64,000 nt of DNA from Candidatus Woesearchaeota archaeon (lineage in GTDB: Archaea; Nanobdellota; Nanobdellia; Woesearchaeales; B29-G15). The position numbers were made by a program, and so were the translations under genes. Positions 9,443-18,970 of the stretch are shown in pieces; positions within the stretch are counted from its first letter, which is position 1, and the number at the start of each line of letters is the position of its first letter. The stretch covers positions 4,205-68,204 of the forward strand of contig JAFCCU010000005.1 of the NCBI GenBank assembly GCA_017610005.1. The letters are read 5' to 3'. The notes under the pieces are model-generated. The model made no database searches and was not told the origin of the DNA. It saw only the letters and a program-made list of their open reading frames with translations.

Positions 9443-11304
9443 GTCATTATTATTACTGGGCCAGAGTTTTCAGTTCCATCAGTACTCCCTCCCTCAATTG
9501 AAGTTGTGGTAGACTCTTCATCTGTTAATGGTTCTTCTACTATTGTTGTTTCTGTTGTTTCACCTTCTGGTAAATCCTCTTTAGGAACATCAAAAATATC
9601 TAGGTAAATTGAAGAGGTCATTGTGTAGTCATAGTCTGCGGTTAGTCTTAAATATTGAATACTTACTGGATTGGTTCCTAAAATAGTATCTGCGTCAGAA
9701 ATATTTAATCTACATTTAAAGATCCTTCCTTCTTCTACATGGTCATCTATTGCTTTTGGTAAACGAAAATCAGTTCTTCCTTCATCAGTTTTTGTTCCAC
9801 TTGAGAAATATTTACAATCTCTATCAAAACCTTCGGGCAAATTGAGAGTTAGATCTGTGATATTTAGGATTTTCCCATCCCAATTTTTTGCAATCATCAT
9901 TGATAAAACAACTGAATTGCTCTTGTCACTTTCTGATCCCCAAATTCCATTTAAGTTTTGTGTTAAGGCCATTGAAAGTAGCACTGGTCCGTTGGTATAT
10001 ACTGCTACTGGTTCTCGATCTTGAATTTTGAGGTAATCAAAAGGATCAATCCCTTCTCTAATTAATGCCCTTCTTCTGCTCTCTTCAATAAAGTAAGTTT
10101 TTAGATAGGACATTGTGGTAAAAGGATATTCAACTGCAACTGTTACTAAGCGATATCCTTTTTTTAGTTCTCCTGGTTCAAATATACATTCAAAGTCTCT
10201 AATATCTTCAATTGTTATTTCAGTCCTATTAGGAATAACCCTTCCATAAACACGGCCTCTTCCTTCCCCAGACCAACATTTTAAGGTGACATTTATTGGA
10301 TCAAGTACAGTTCTACCATGAATTGTCCCCCAAACAGATACGCTTTCATCTACAAAAAAAACAGGATTAGCTAAAATCACCTCTTCAATAGTAACTCCAA
10401 GCGGTTCATGTTCCCCTTCTTCTACACGTGCTTCATACAATCCTCCAGTGGCATAGTTAAGCTCATCAACCATCCAGTTTTGGCCACCTCTAAAAACTCC
10501 AACAACCCCTTTAAGAATATTTCCTGAAAGTTCAGCAAATCCCCCCCAAATAGTTCTTGGTTTAAATTCTCCCCCTTCATTAACAAAAGGCATTGCTATC
10601 CATTGATACTCAATAATTCCGGCAATAAAGATTATTGCAATGATTCCCATCCAAATGGATAATGCCCTTTTCGCTGGAGCGCTTTTAAATTTCTTTAGCC
10701 CCATAATCACCCATGGTGGCCAAACTGCTGGAAGAGTTAAGAAGTATAGCGCCATTTGAGTAATCTCTGAAGGAGATGTTCTTAGCCTTCCTGCAAGCCA
10801 TGATTGGACAAAAGGCATTCCCCAGGGTAAGATGAATGCACTGAATAAAAAGCATCCCAAAAGCATCTCTTTTCCAACACCTGTTAATAGGAATAAAAAT
10901 AATGCTAATCCAAAGTTAAAAAGATACCAAGAAGGACTTGTAAGCCTGGATGTTCCCCATTGATAAAAGGAGATTTGGACAATCCAAAGGATTAGGCCTC
11001 CAAGGACCATCAAGCCATAGCCAGAAGAATCTCTTCTCCTATGATACCAACGATTTTTTACATGTTCTTTAGTTTTTTTCCATATTTTTCCAGTTTTAGT
11101 TTTTTCAAACTCTTCTTTTCTTTCTGCTTTATCCTTCCTTTTATCATCCTTTCTTTCATATTTGGATTTCCGATTATCTTTTCTTTTTTCATACCTTTTA
11201 TCACGTTTATCTTTAGAGAAATATTCTTGGGTTTTAGCCCACGCATACCAAGCTCCAAATTTTGCCTTACCTGCAGCATCTTTAATCTTATCTTTAAAAC
11301 CCAT
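9439..11304 (-). CDS. Multi-TM membrane protein with a large extracellular beta domain
   Basis: Charged K/D/R/E-rich N-terminus, about five TM helices, YPF...YLKTY and YTNGPV motifs related to the two lipoproteins, acidic S/T tail. Confidence 0.75.
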   Translation of the reverse strand: MGFKDKIKDAAGKAKFGAWYAWAKTQEYFSKDKRDKRYEKRKDNRKSKYERKDDKRKDKAERKEEFEKTKTGKIWKKTKEHVKNRWYHRRRDSSGYGLMVLGGLILWIVQISFYQWGTSRLTSPSWYLFNFGLALFLFLLTGVGKEMLLGCFLFSAFILPWGMPFVQSWLAGRLRTSPSEITQMALYFLTLPAVWPPWVIMGLKKFKSAPAKRALSIWMGIIAIIFIAGIIEYQWIAMPFVNEGGEFKPRTIWGGFAELSGNILKGVVGVFRGGQNWMVDELNYATGGLYEARVEEGEHEPLGVTIEEVILANPVFFVDESVSVWGTIHGRTVLDPINVTLKCWSGEGRGRVYGRVIPNRTEITIEDIRDFECIFEPGELKKGYRLVTVAVEYPFTTMSYLKTYFIEESRRRALIREGIDPFDYLKIQDREPVAVYTNGPVLLSMALTQNLNGIWGSESDKSNSVVLSMMIAKNWDGKILNITDLTLNLPEGFDRDCKYFSSGTKTDEGRTDFRLPKAIDDHVEEGRIFKCRLNISDADTILGTNPVSIQYLRLTADYDYTMTSSIYLDIFDVPKEDLPEGETTETTIVEEPLTDEESTTTSIEGGSTDGTENSGPVIIMT

Positions 11305-11312
11305 TTTAGGAA

Positions 11313-12506
11313 CTATTCATCCTCTTCAATAAAGACACGAAGTTGTGCAATATTTAGTTCAGTTTTTGGTATAAGTGTGATATAATTTGAACCTTGCCTT
11401 AAGTAACTTTTAATGTCTTTTGAAAAGGAAAGTTCATCAGTGTCCATGTAGAACTTTCTTCTGTTTATTTCAAATTCAGCTTCTTTATCTTCGTATTCTC
11501 TGATAAAATCTAAGTCTAGATAAACTTCTAAATCATCTTCAACAATTCTTTCCCAAGTTGTATCATTTAATTCAAAATAATAAATTGGGTATCTTGCCTC
11601 TTTTAATTCAAGTTTGATTTCAATATTTGTTAGATAAAGAGTTCCTTCACTTAGATCAAACAAAACTTCATTTTTCCCAGCAACAATATCTTCTGCGGCA
11701 ATGTCAATTTTTTCATAACCATAACAGTCAGTAATAGATGAACTGATTAATCCTCCATTTAAGTATACTTTTAAGATTCCTTCTTGTCTGCCTTTACATT
11801 CTTCTGTGAATCTTAAATAGCCATGGTCATATTCATCTACTTCTACTTGAGAGAGTCTAAAGGTTGATAATGCTTCCATTGCTTCTAAGTTTCTTGTTGA
11901 TGCAATTAACTTCACATCACGAATTTCATATTGGTTTCTTCCCCAAAATCTATACCATGGCACTTTTGGTACTGAAAATTCAAGATAATTAGTATCTTCA
12001 ATTAAAATAGTATCTATTCTAAGAGGCCCATTAACCCCCCGATTTAGTTCTCCATAAAATATTTCTTGACCATTAAATGTAATAATGATTTTACCACTTG
12101 AATCTTGCACATAAAATGATAAAATTAAGGCTTCATATTCTATTCCTTCAGTCGTTTCAAATCTAATTGTCGCATCTTTTTTATCTAATTTTGAACTCAT
12201 TACATAAACAGAGGATTTTTCTGCAACCACCCGATCTTCAGATTGGGAAGATAGAACTATTTGGCTTAAGGGATGTTCAAAACTTTTTTGTTCTTGTGCA
12301 AATAGTGAGCCTGGAGATTCAATAACCAATTCAGTTATATTATCTGCATCAACAATTCCTCCATTTGCCTCAGTTTCATTTATTCCAAGAATTGCATTTC
12401 TGTCATCTGGTCTTAAAACAAACAGGTAAACAATTAGAATCATTCCTATGAAAATTACAAGCCCCGCTGCATTGCCTGCCATCTCCTGCCCCTTTTTACG
12501 TGCCAT
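11313..12506 (-). CDS. Membrane-anchored acidic extracellular protein
   Basis: KKGQ followed by a hydrophobic helix (class III/pilin-like signal), then a beta-rich acidic domain. Confidence 0.7.
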   Translation of the reverse strand: MARKKGQEMAGNAAGLVIFIGMILIVYLFVLRPDDRNAILGINETEANGGIVDADNITELVIESPGSLFAQEQKSFEHPLSQIVLSSQSEDRVVAEKSSVYVMSSKLDKKDATIRFETTEGIEYEALILSFYVQDSSGKIIITFNGQEIFYGELNRGVNGPLRIDTILIEDTNYLEFSVPKVPWYRFWGRNQYEIRDVKLIASTRNLEAMEALSTFRLSQVEVDEYDHGYLRFTEECKGRQEGILKVYLNGGLISSSITDCYGYEKIDIAAEDIVAGKNEVLFDLSEGTLYLTNIEIKLELKEARYPIYYFELNDTTWERIVEDDLEVYLDLDFIREYEDKEAEFEINRRKFYMDTDELSFSKDIKSYLRQGSNYITLIPKTELNIAQLRVFIEEDE

Positions 12507-12560
12507 AACTATACTAATACACTATTTTATATATAAAAGTTATGATAAATCAAGGATTTA

Positions 12561-12595
12561 TGTCTGAAGTTAGAAGTCCGAAGTGAAAAATACTA
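12561..12595 (+). repeat. Short heptamer array with GTGAAAAATACT linker
   Basis: TGTCT GAAGTTA GAAGTCC GAAGTGAAAAATACT. Confidence 0.8.
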
Positions 12596-12606
12596 TTTTT
12601 TAAAGC

Positions 12607-13872
12607 TCAAAAGGGTTTTACTTTGGTGAAATAATCATTAATGCTTTTTAAATGGGTTTTTTCGTTTTTTATTTGTTTATTTTTCATAATTACCTTGCCG
12701 TTAATTATGCTTAATTCTACATCTGATCCATTGGATGAGTAGATAATATGGGAAATAATGGTTTCTTTTTTAGCTGGGAAGAATTTTGGTTGATTTATTG
12801 GGATACCTATAATATCTGCTAAAAAATTTTTTTCAATTCTTCCAGTTTTTAAACGTAAGATTTCTGCTGCATTTCTAGTTGCCATATCTAGAATGGCCTG
12901 AGTGGGCATTACAGTTGAATCATTTAAAGAATATTTGTGTAGCAAGCCAGTTGCCTTCATCTCTTCAAAGATATCTTGATTGTTGTTACTTGCATTGCTG
13001 TCTGTTCCTAAACTCACGTTTGTTTTAAATTTTAATAGCTCTGGTACTGGAAGTCTGGCGCCAGATGCAAGTTTAAGATTGCTAACTGGACAATGAACGG
13101 CGCTTGCGCCTGTTTTTGCATAATCTTTGGTTTCATTTAGCCAACAAAGGTGAATCCCAATTGTGTTTTTATTTAGGAAATTTATACTGTTTAGATAATC
13201 AATTACTCCTTTACCTGTTTTCTTTTTAATAAATTCTGCTTCGGGTTTTGTTTCAAGAATGTGAATAAAATTAAGCATGTTAAGTTCATTTGCAAGGCTT
13301 GCACCTGCTTTTAGTAAATCTTCTGAACAAGTATTTGGGGCGTGAATCCCAATAGCTTGGGTGATTAATTCTCGATTTTTTAATTTTGGAATCAGATCTT
13401 TTGTTATCTTCAATTCTTCTTTTATTTTGTTTTTATCAAATAAATCAAGCATGCAATAACTTAAAAATGCCCTGATCCCAATTGTTTCTGCAGCTTCTGC
13501 CACGCGTTCAATCCCAAAAGAGTGATCACAAAACGTGGTTGTGCCTGCTTTTACACTTTCAAGCGCAGTGAGTAGTGATCCATAATAAACATCTTTGATT
13601 TTTCTTTCGGCGGGCCAAACTTTCTTTTCAAGCCAATCTTTTAGTGGGAGATCATCTGAAATTCCTCTTAGAAGGTTTGTGCAAGTGTGAGTATGAAGAT
13701 TGATTAGGCCAGGCATAATCAACATGTCAGAGCAGTCAATTGCTGGACATTTCTCATCGGCCTTTCCAATTTTAACAATCTGATTATCTTGGATCAATAT
13801 GTCCTGGTGCTCCAGCACCTCGCGTTTATCATTTTGCGTTACAATGAAGCGGCAGTTTTTAAGTAATAACAT
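12607..13872 (-). CDS. mtaD: Amidohydrolase, MTA/SAH deaminase-like
   Basis: PGLINLHTH, IHILET, VHCPVSNLKLASG, LGTDSNASNN motifs. Confidence 0.85.
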   Translation of the reverse strand: MLLLKNCRFIVTQNDKREVLEHQDILIQDNQIVKIGKADEKCPAIDCSDMLIMPGLINLHTHTCTNLLRGISDDLPLKDWLEKKVWPAERKIKDVYYGSLLTALESVKAGTTTFCDHSFGIERVAEAAETIGIRAFLSYCMLDLFDKNKIKEELKITKDLIPKLKNRELITQAIGIHAPNTCSEDLLKAGASLANELNMLNFIHILETKPEAEFIKKKTGKGVIDYLNSINFLNKNTIGIHLCWLNETKDYAKTGASAVHCPVSNLKLASGARLPVPELLKFKTNVSLGTDSNASNNNQDIFEEMKATGLLHKYSLNDSTVMPTQAILDMATRNAAEILRLKTGRIEKNFLADIIGIPINQPKFFPAKKETIISHIIYSSNGSDVELSIINGKVIMKNKQIKNEKTHLKSINDYFTKVKPF

Positions 13873-13905
13873 AAAAGAAAAAGAAAGGAAGAAGTATATA
13901 AATTT

Positions 13906-13982
13906 TTACTTGTTCCCAGCATAAAAAATCTTTTCTATTGAGACATCTTCTGGGGTGAAGCCACCGGTTCTTTGGTGGAAGT
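13906..13982. repeat. 77-bp exact duplicate of the 3' end of ORF 15665-15934
   Basis: Identical base for base to 15665-15741. Confidence 0.97.
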
Positions 13983-14051
13983 GATAATGTGCTGAAGATC
14001 TTCCGATTTTTCTTCAAGAACTCATTTATATAGCCTTGAGCGGACTTTGTT

Positions 14052-15215
14052 ATGTTGCTTTCAACTCAGGATATTGAACGATTATCTCCAGGATATAAGC
14101 GATTTTATTATGGAGAAAGTGAATTGTTAGATGCGCCCATAGATCTTTATCAGAGAGGAAGGCTCCGAGATCTCTATAATCGAACAGATAATCTTGGAAG
14201 ATTGATTGGAACAGATTTAGAAAGTCTAAAAACAAGTAAAAGCAGATATAAAAATATCTTTTTTTGGAGAGGGATTTCTTATTATATGGGGCTAAGATTA
14301 AGCCCATTAGATAAATTGAGTTACTTGGCAAAAGATGAGCGGGAAGTAAAATCTGATTTATTAGAATCCATAATTCAAATAGATGATTTATTAGAAAATG
14401 AAATGGAGGAGACTGGAGATTTGACTTATTCTCTTTTAGATCATCAAAGAAATAATTTCCTGGTTATTTTTAAGTCCTATTTTTCTCAATTATTTAGTGA
14501 TCCTGGGTTAATTGAATATTTCCAACCAATGGTTGAAATGTTAAGTGAGGCAGTTTCAAACTTGTATTACTTTTGTTTATCCAAACCACCTATTTTTAAT
14601 CATCTTAATAATAAATTGTTAAGTGATCTCCTCCCATGGATAAAATTAGATCACTCAAGTTGGTGGAGAGAGTTAGATGATCCATTGAAAATATTATTTT
14701 ATTCGGCTAACGTGATTGAAGAAAGAAGAAAACCCTTTGAAGTAGTTATTAATCCTTTTTCTGGTGCTTTAGAGCTTGGATTTGCATTAAAAACTGTTAG
14801 TGAAATTCTTAATAACCCTGTAGTGAATGATATTGTCTTTTTTGATTATTCGGTTTATGATAGGGGGAAAATAATTGATATTTCTGAATCTGCAGATGAG
14901 ATTCTTTCAGATATAATCCAAGGGAGCTTTCCAAAACCTTTAGCAGATTCAAGTATGTCTAGAATGTGGGGAAAAGAATCATTTATTCTTGATGATAATC
15001 TAACGACGGGGAAAACTCTTTTTGGCATGAAGAGAAGCTTATTAAAATCAGGCATAAGTCCAAGAGTTTTTACTGGGGCAATTGAACTCGGGAGAGAGGA
15101 TAGGGCAGGCAGGTTTAGTGTGGGTGTTCTGGAAAATTTAGATTTCATGCCCATAGGGGATCGCATGAGTGCGGGAAAAAAGGCTAGAAAAATACTGGAG
15201 CCATTTATAAAATGA
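14052..15215 (+). CDS. Orphan protein with a C-terminal phosphoribosyltransferase-like motif (cassette cargo)
   Basis: FILDDNLTTGKTL resembles the type I PRTase PRPP-binding loop; lies between the 77-bp direct repeats. Confidence 0.6.
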   Translation: MLLSTQDIERLSPGYKRFYYGESELLDAPIDLYQRGRLRDLYNRTDNLGRLIGTDLESLKTSKSRYKNIFFWRGISYYMGLRLSPLDKLSYLAKDEREVKSDLLESIIQIDDLLENEMEETGDLTYSLLDHQRNNFLVIFKSYFSQLFSDPGLIEYFQPMVEMLSEAVSNLYYFCLSKPPIFNHLNNKLLSDLLPWIKLDHSSWWRELDDPLKILFYSANVIEERRKPFEVVINPFSGALELGFALKTVSEILNNPVVNDIVFFDYSVYDRGKIIDISESADEILSDIIQGSFPKPLADSSMSRMWGKESFILDDNLTTGKTLFGMKRSLLKSGISPRVFTGAIELGREDRAGRFSVGVLENLDFMPIGDRMSAGKKARKILEPFIK

Positions 15216-15664
15216 TAATGTTTATTAATATTAAGCACTTAAGGAAAATTAGAATGGGATCTCCAATATTCTCTCCTGAGGTAGGTACTTGGGTTAGAAT
15301 CAATACTAGGCCACCCCTAGTTGTAAGCCCTCTGAAATGCTCGTCTCAATATGATGTTGCTAGAGATTTGGTTGATATTGTGATGGATAGGATAATAACA
15401 AGTCATTACTTGAATAATGGTGAAATGAGTGATCCTGATTGGGATTCTACACTTGTGAAAATGGGAGATTTTATTAGTAGGAGATATCAAGGTGATTTAA
15501 GAGAAGATTTAATAGATTATGTTGGTGGCAGAATCTCTGTTTTAGAGGGTTTGATGGTACATTTGGGGCCCAGTGAGAAAGTTGAGCAATTTGCAATAGA
15601 AAATAGAAGAATCCCTTGGGAATGGGTATCCCTAAGTGGCTCTAGAATAAGGCTTTATGAGTAG
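15212..15664 (+). CDS. Hypothetical protein (cassette cargo)
   Basis: 150-aa ORF overlapping the previous stop by 4 nt; its stop codon abuts the direct repeat at 15665. Confidence 0.55.
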   Translation: MIMFINIKHLRKIRMGSPIFSPEVGTWVRINTRPPLVVSPLKCSSQYDVARDLVDIVMDRIITSHYLNNGEMSDPDWDSTLVKMGDFISRRYQGDLREDLIDYVGGRISVLEGLMVHLGPSEKVEQFAIENRRIPWEWVSLSGSRIRLYE

Positions 15665-15934
15665 TTACTTGTTCCCAGCATAAAAAATCTTTTCTATTGA
15701 GACATCTTCTGGGGTGAAGCCACCGGTTCTTTGGTGGAAGTTTGGTTTAGCTTCAACTTGCTTCTCAATTGGTCTTTGAATTTCAATTGGTCTTTCCATT
15801 TGTTTTTCCACTTGTCTTTGAACCATACTTGGATTGGAATCTCCCTTAAGATGGGCAATTTCTCGTCTTAACTCTGATAACTCAGAAAACACCTTTGAAA
15901 AATTAGATTCTAGCATACTTGTTATTTGTTCCAT
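15665..15934 (-). CDS. Small coiled-coil protein downstream of ftsZ
   Basis: 89-aa ORF 10 nt after ftsZ; coiled-coil N-terminus and TGGFTPEDVSIEKIFYAGNK tail. Confidence 0.7.
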   Translation of the reverse strand: MEQITSMLESNFSKVFSELSELRREIAHLKGDSNPSMVQRQVEKQMERPIEIQRPIEKQVEAKPNFHQRTGGFTPEDVSIEKIFYAGNK

Positions 15935-15944
15935 TAAATATCAC

Positions 15945-16982
15945 CTATATTAAGTTGTTAATATCGTTGACCATTTCTTTTCTTGGGCCCTCTTCTTGGA
16001 ACTTGCCTAGAATCCAAGGGGATTTTACTCCAGTTATAATTGTCATGACAGTAATCTTCCCAACCATATTCTCATCGATGCGTGCCCCCCAAATGACATT
16101 TGCATCTGGATCAAGTTCTTGAGTTATTTGTTCACCAACTTGAGTAATATCATCAAGAGTCAAGTCTGGCCCCCCTTCAATGTGAATTAGGGCCCCCCTT
16201 GCTCCTTTGTAATCAATTTCAAGCAAGGGATTTTTTAGTGCTAAATCCACTGCTTGTTGTACGTGTTTATCACCTGCGCTAGACCCTACGCCAATGGCAG
16301 CAACTCCTCCATTAGTCATAATGGCTTTAACGTCTGCATAATCAAGATTAACTAAGGAAGGCACTGAGATTGTTTCTACAATTCCTTTAATCATTGTTGC
16401 AATTAATTCATTTGCAATTGCAAATGCTTGTTGCACTGGTAAATTCCCTGCGATTTGCACAAGTCTATTATTATCAACCACAATAACTGTATCGCAGTGT
16501 GCCCTCATTTGTGAGAGCCCAAATTCTGCTTTATCCATTCTAGCTCTTTCTATTGAAAATGGCATTGTAACTGTTCCAATAGTTATTGCTTTCATTTCAG
16601 AAGTTAATTTTCCAATGACTGGAGCAGCACCTGTTCCAGTGCCTCCGCCCATGCCTGCGCATAAAAATACCATATCAACGCCTTGCATTAATTCCCTCAT
16701 TTCATATAAAGATTCTTCTGCAGCACTACTTCCTTGTTTTGGATAGCCACCAGCTCCAAGGCCCTTTGTGACATTTTTTCCAATTAGCAGTTTTTTATCT
16801 GCTTCACTGATATTCAAATGTTGTTGATCAGTGTTACATGCAATAATTTCAGCTCCTTTGATCCCTTTTTTATATAACCAAGAAACCATATTACAACCTG
16901 CTCCACCAATCCCAAGAACTTTAATATTAGCTTGACCTATATCAAGATTTCCAGAATGTTCCTCAACTTCTAAAATAGACAT
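15945..16982 (-). CDS. ftsZ: Cell division protein FtsZ (paralogue A)
   Basis: IKVLGIGGAG, NTD, GMGGGTGTG signature, NLDYAD T7 loop; ATG at 16982 follows a GAGG SD-like site (ORF track starts at 17018). Confidence 0.97.
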   Translation of the reverse strand: MSILEVEEHSGNLDIGQANIKVLGIGGAGCNMVSWLYKKGIKGAEIIACNTDQQHLNISEADKKLLIGKNVTKGLGAGGYPKQGSSAAEESLYEMRELMQGVDMVFLCAGMGGGTGTGAAPVIGKLTSEMKAITIGTVTMPFSIERARMDKAEFGLSQMRAHCDTVIVVDNNRLVQIAGNLPVQQAFAIANELIATMIKGIVETISVPSLVNLDYADVKAIMTNGGVAAIGVGSSAGDKHVQQAVDLALKNPLLEIDYKGARGALIHIEGGPDLTLDDITQVGEQITQELDPDANVIWGARIDENMVGKITVMTIITGVKSPWILGKFQEEGPRKEMVNDINNLI

Positions 16983-17061
16983 TTTAAACCTCGTTAATCT
17001 CTTTTTATTTGCATACACATAACTTATTAATAAATGTTACGTTTTTGTATACTAGTATATC

Positions 17062-17117
17062 TCAGTCTGAAGTCTGAAGTCTGAAGTCTGAAGTCTGAAG
17101 TCTAAAGTTTGAAGTGT
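17062..17117 (+). repeat. Heptamer array (8 units) in the ftsZ/trmI divergent promoter region
   Basis: TCAGTCT, GAAGTCT x5, AAAGTTT, GAAGTGT. Confidence 0.95.
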
Positions 17118-17170
17118 GACTGGCTTCAAGGTATCTGGGGAGGGTTTTTTGGAAAGGTTTTTAATAAGGT

Positions 17171-17926
17171 GTGGTTTTTAAATTATTAATGACGAAAATC
17201 AAGAAAGGCGAATGGGTGCTTTTACTATCTAAAGAACATTCTTATCTTCTTAAGGCAGATGGTAAGATGCATACAAGTGATGGTATTGTGGAGTTAAAGG
17301 ATTGTAAAGAATTTGGAACTTATGTAAAAACTCACAAGGATTTTGAATTTGCAGTTGTAAAACCTAATATTAATGATTTATTAAATAAGAAAATGAAGCG
17401 AATGCCCGCTTCAATTCATAAAAAAGATTTGGGGTTTATTATTGGTGTAACCGGGCTTCAGAAAGACTGGAAAGTACTGGAAGCTGGAACTGGGTCTGGG
17501 CATGCAACATTATTTTTTGCTGAGCATTGCACAAAAGTTATTTCTTATGAAGTAAGAGAAGATTTTCATAAGCATGTTAAGGATAATTTAGAGCTTTTAA
17601 ATATAAAAAATGTGGAGCTTAGAAATAAGGATATTAAAGAAGGAATTAAAGAAAAAGACTTTGATTTAATTTTACTTGATATGAAAGGGTCTGAAGAAAT
17701 AATTGAAATAGCAACAAAAGCTCTAAAACCTGGTGGTTTTATAGTTATTTACTCTCCTTATATTGAGCAAAGTAAACTTGCTGTTGAGAAATTAACTGAA
17801 CTTGACTTTAATGGGATAGAAACAAGTGAAACAATTTTGCGTACTTGGGATGTTAGAGATCATACACTGCCAAAGCGAGCCGGCATGATGCACACGGCAT
17901 TTATCACGATTGCCCGGAAGGTTTAG
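17171..17926 (+). CDS. trmI: tRNA (adenine-N1)-methyltransferase, TrmI/Gcd14 family
   Basis: VLEAGTGSG SAM motif, ISYEVREDF, ILLDM, YSPYIEQ, HTAFITIARK. Confidence 0.9.
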   Translation: MVFKLLMTKIKKGEWVLLLSKEHSYLLKADGKMHTSDGIVELKDCKEFGTYVKTHKDFEFAVVKPNINDLLNKKMKRMPASIHKKDLGFIIGVTGLQKDWKVLEAGTGSGHATLFFAEHCTKVISYEVREDFHKHVKDNLELLNIKNVELRNKDIKEGIKEKDFDLILLDMKGSEEIIEIATKALKPGGFIVIYSPYIEQSKLAVEKLTELDFNGIETSETILRTWDVRDHTLPKRAGMMHTAFITIARKV

Positions 17927-18788
17927 CCTTTCTTTTCCTTATTATATATGTTGTAATTGGGTATCCTGCGTCAAGAATAATACCTACTCCCAATAGTATT
18001 GCTAATGCTTTGGTAAGGCCTCGAAAAAACAAGTAATCTCTTTGAGCTTCCACTGCAGTATCATACAATTCATCTGAAACTTTTTGCCTTGGATTTAATC
18101 TTGATGCTTCCCCTACAATCAAAGCAGCAGACTCAAGGGATGCAATTGCTGGTTGAAAGGTTTCAACTGTAACTGGCATTCCATAAACTCTCTTTAAATC
18201 ATTTCCTTTAGGGAGATCACGAGCAATTTTCTCAAGGGCTGGTTTTAATGCCTTTATTCTTTCTAAGATATTTGCATATAAATTTATACTATTTGTAGCG
18301 AGACGTATGGCAACTTTAGCATCGCCGGGGTCAGGAAAATCATAAGAGCTGGAAAGGTATTCTTGGGCATTTCCAATCGAATTGATTGCTCCAGAAATCT
18401 TTTCTACATTTCCTTCTTTTGGGAGCTCTTGAAGTGAAGAAATAACTATATCAAGACTTGCCCTTACATCGGCAAATTGGTGCTCAATAATCCCATTTTC
18501 ATCAGTAACCCTGTAATCATTTTCTTCTGGAAGCCCCACCCTTATAATCAATAGGCTGTTTTTAATCATCTCCACTCTTTTTTCTAAAGAGGGCCCTAGG
18601 GTATGACCCTTATAGCTTAATGATTGTGCAATTCTTGCAGCTTCTTGAAGGCTATCTCTTGCGTTTAAGGGATCTGGGTCATCAGAATTCATTTGAAGAT
18701 GGATAATTGAGGCCAGCAAATTTTCATGTACATCATCATAGATCTGGCTTGGGCGAACCTCTCTACTTTCTACCTTATTTGCTCCCAT
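17904..18788 (-). CDS. Helical orphan protein with a C-terminal TM (cassette cargo; possibly frameshifted at its 5' end)
   Basis: Two DPxxA-containing helical halves and a C-terminal hydrophobic helix; the stop lies inside the trmI 3' end. Confidence 0.6.
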   Translation of the reverse strand: MGANKVESREVRPSQIYDDVHENLLASIIHLQMNSDDPDPLNARDSLQEAARIAQSLSYKGHTLGPSLEKRVEMIKNSLLIIRVGLPEENDYRVTDENGIIEHQFADVRASLDIVISSLQELPKEGNVEKISGAINSIGNAQEYLSSSYDFPDPGDAKVAIRLATNSINLYANILERIKALKPALEKIARDLPKGNDLKRVYGMPVTVETFQPAIASLESAALIVGEASRLNPRQKVSDELYDTAVEAQRDYLFFRGLTKALAILLGVGIILDAGYPITTYIIRKRKAKPSGQS

Positions 18789-18898
18789 ACTGCATCATAT
18801 TTAGTCTTATTAAGGTCATAAAAACCCCACAGGGTTCCAATCACTGCAATAATGACCGGGTAAACAATTGCTCTCACAATAGTTTCTTTTTTCCACAT
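18770..18898 (-). CDS. 42-aa TM peptide, probably the separated N-terminus of 17904-18788
   Basis: MWKKETIVRAIVYPVIIAVIGTLWGFYDLNKTKYDAVWEQIR*, overlapping the next ORF by 19 nt in another frame. Confidence 0.4.
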   Translation of the reverse strand: MWKKETIVRAIVYPVIIAVIGTLWGFYDLNKTKYDAVWEQIR

Positions 18899-18970
18899 GA
18901 AAAGGGAGAAGAGAGTATTATTTAAAAAAGTAGTTATTGTAGTAAGTTCATATTTCTATTAAGGGGTTAT

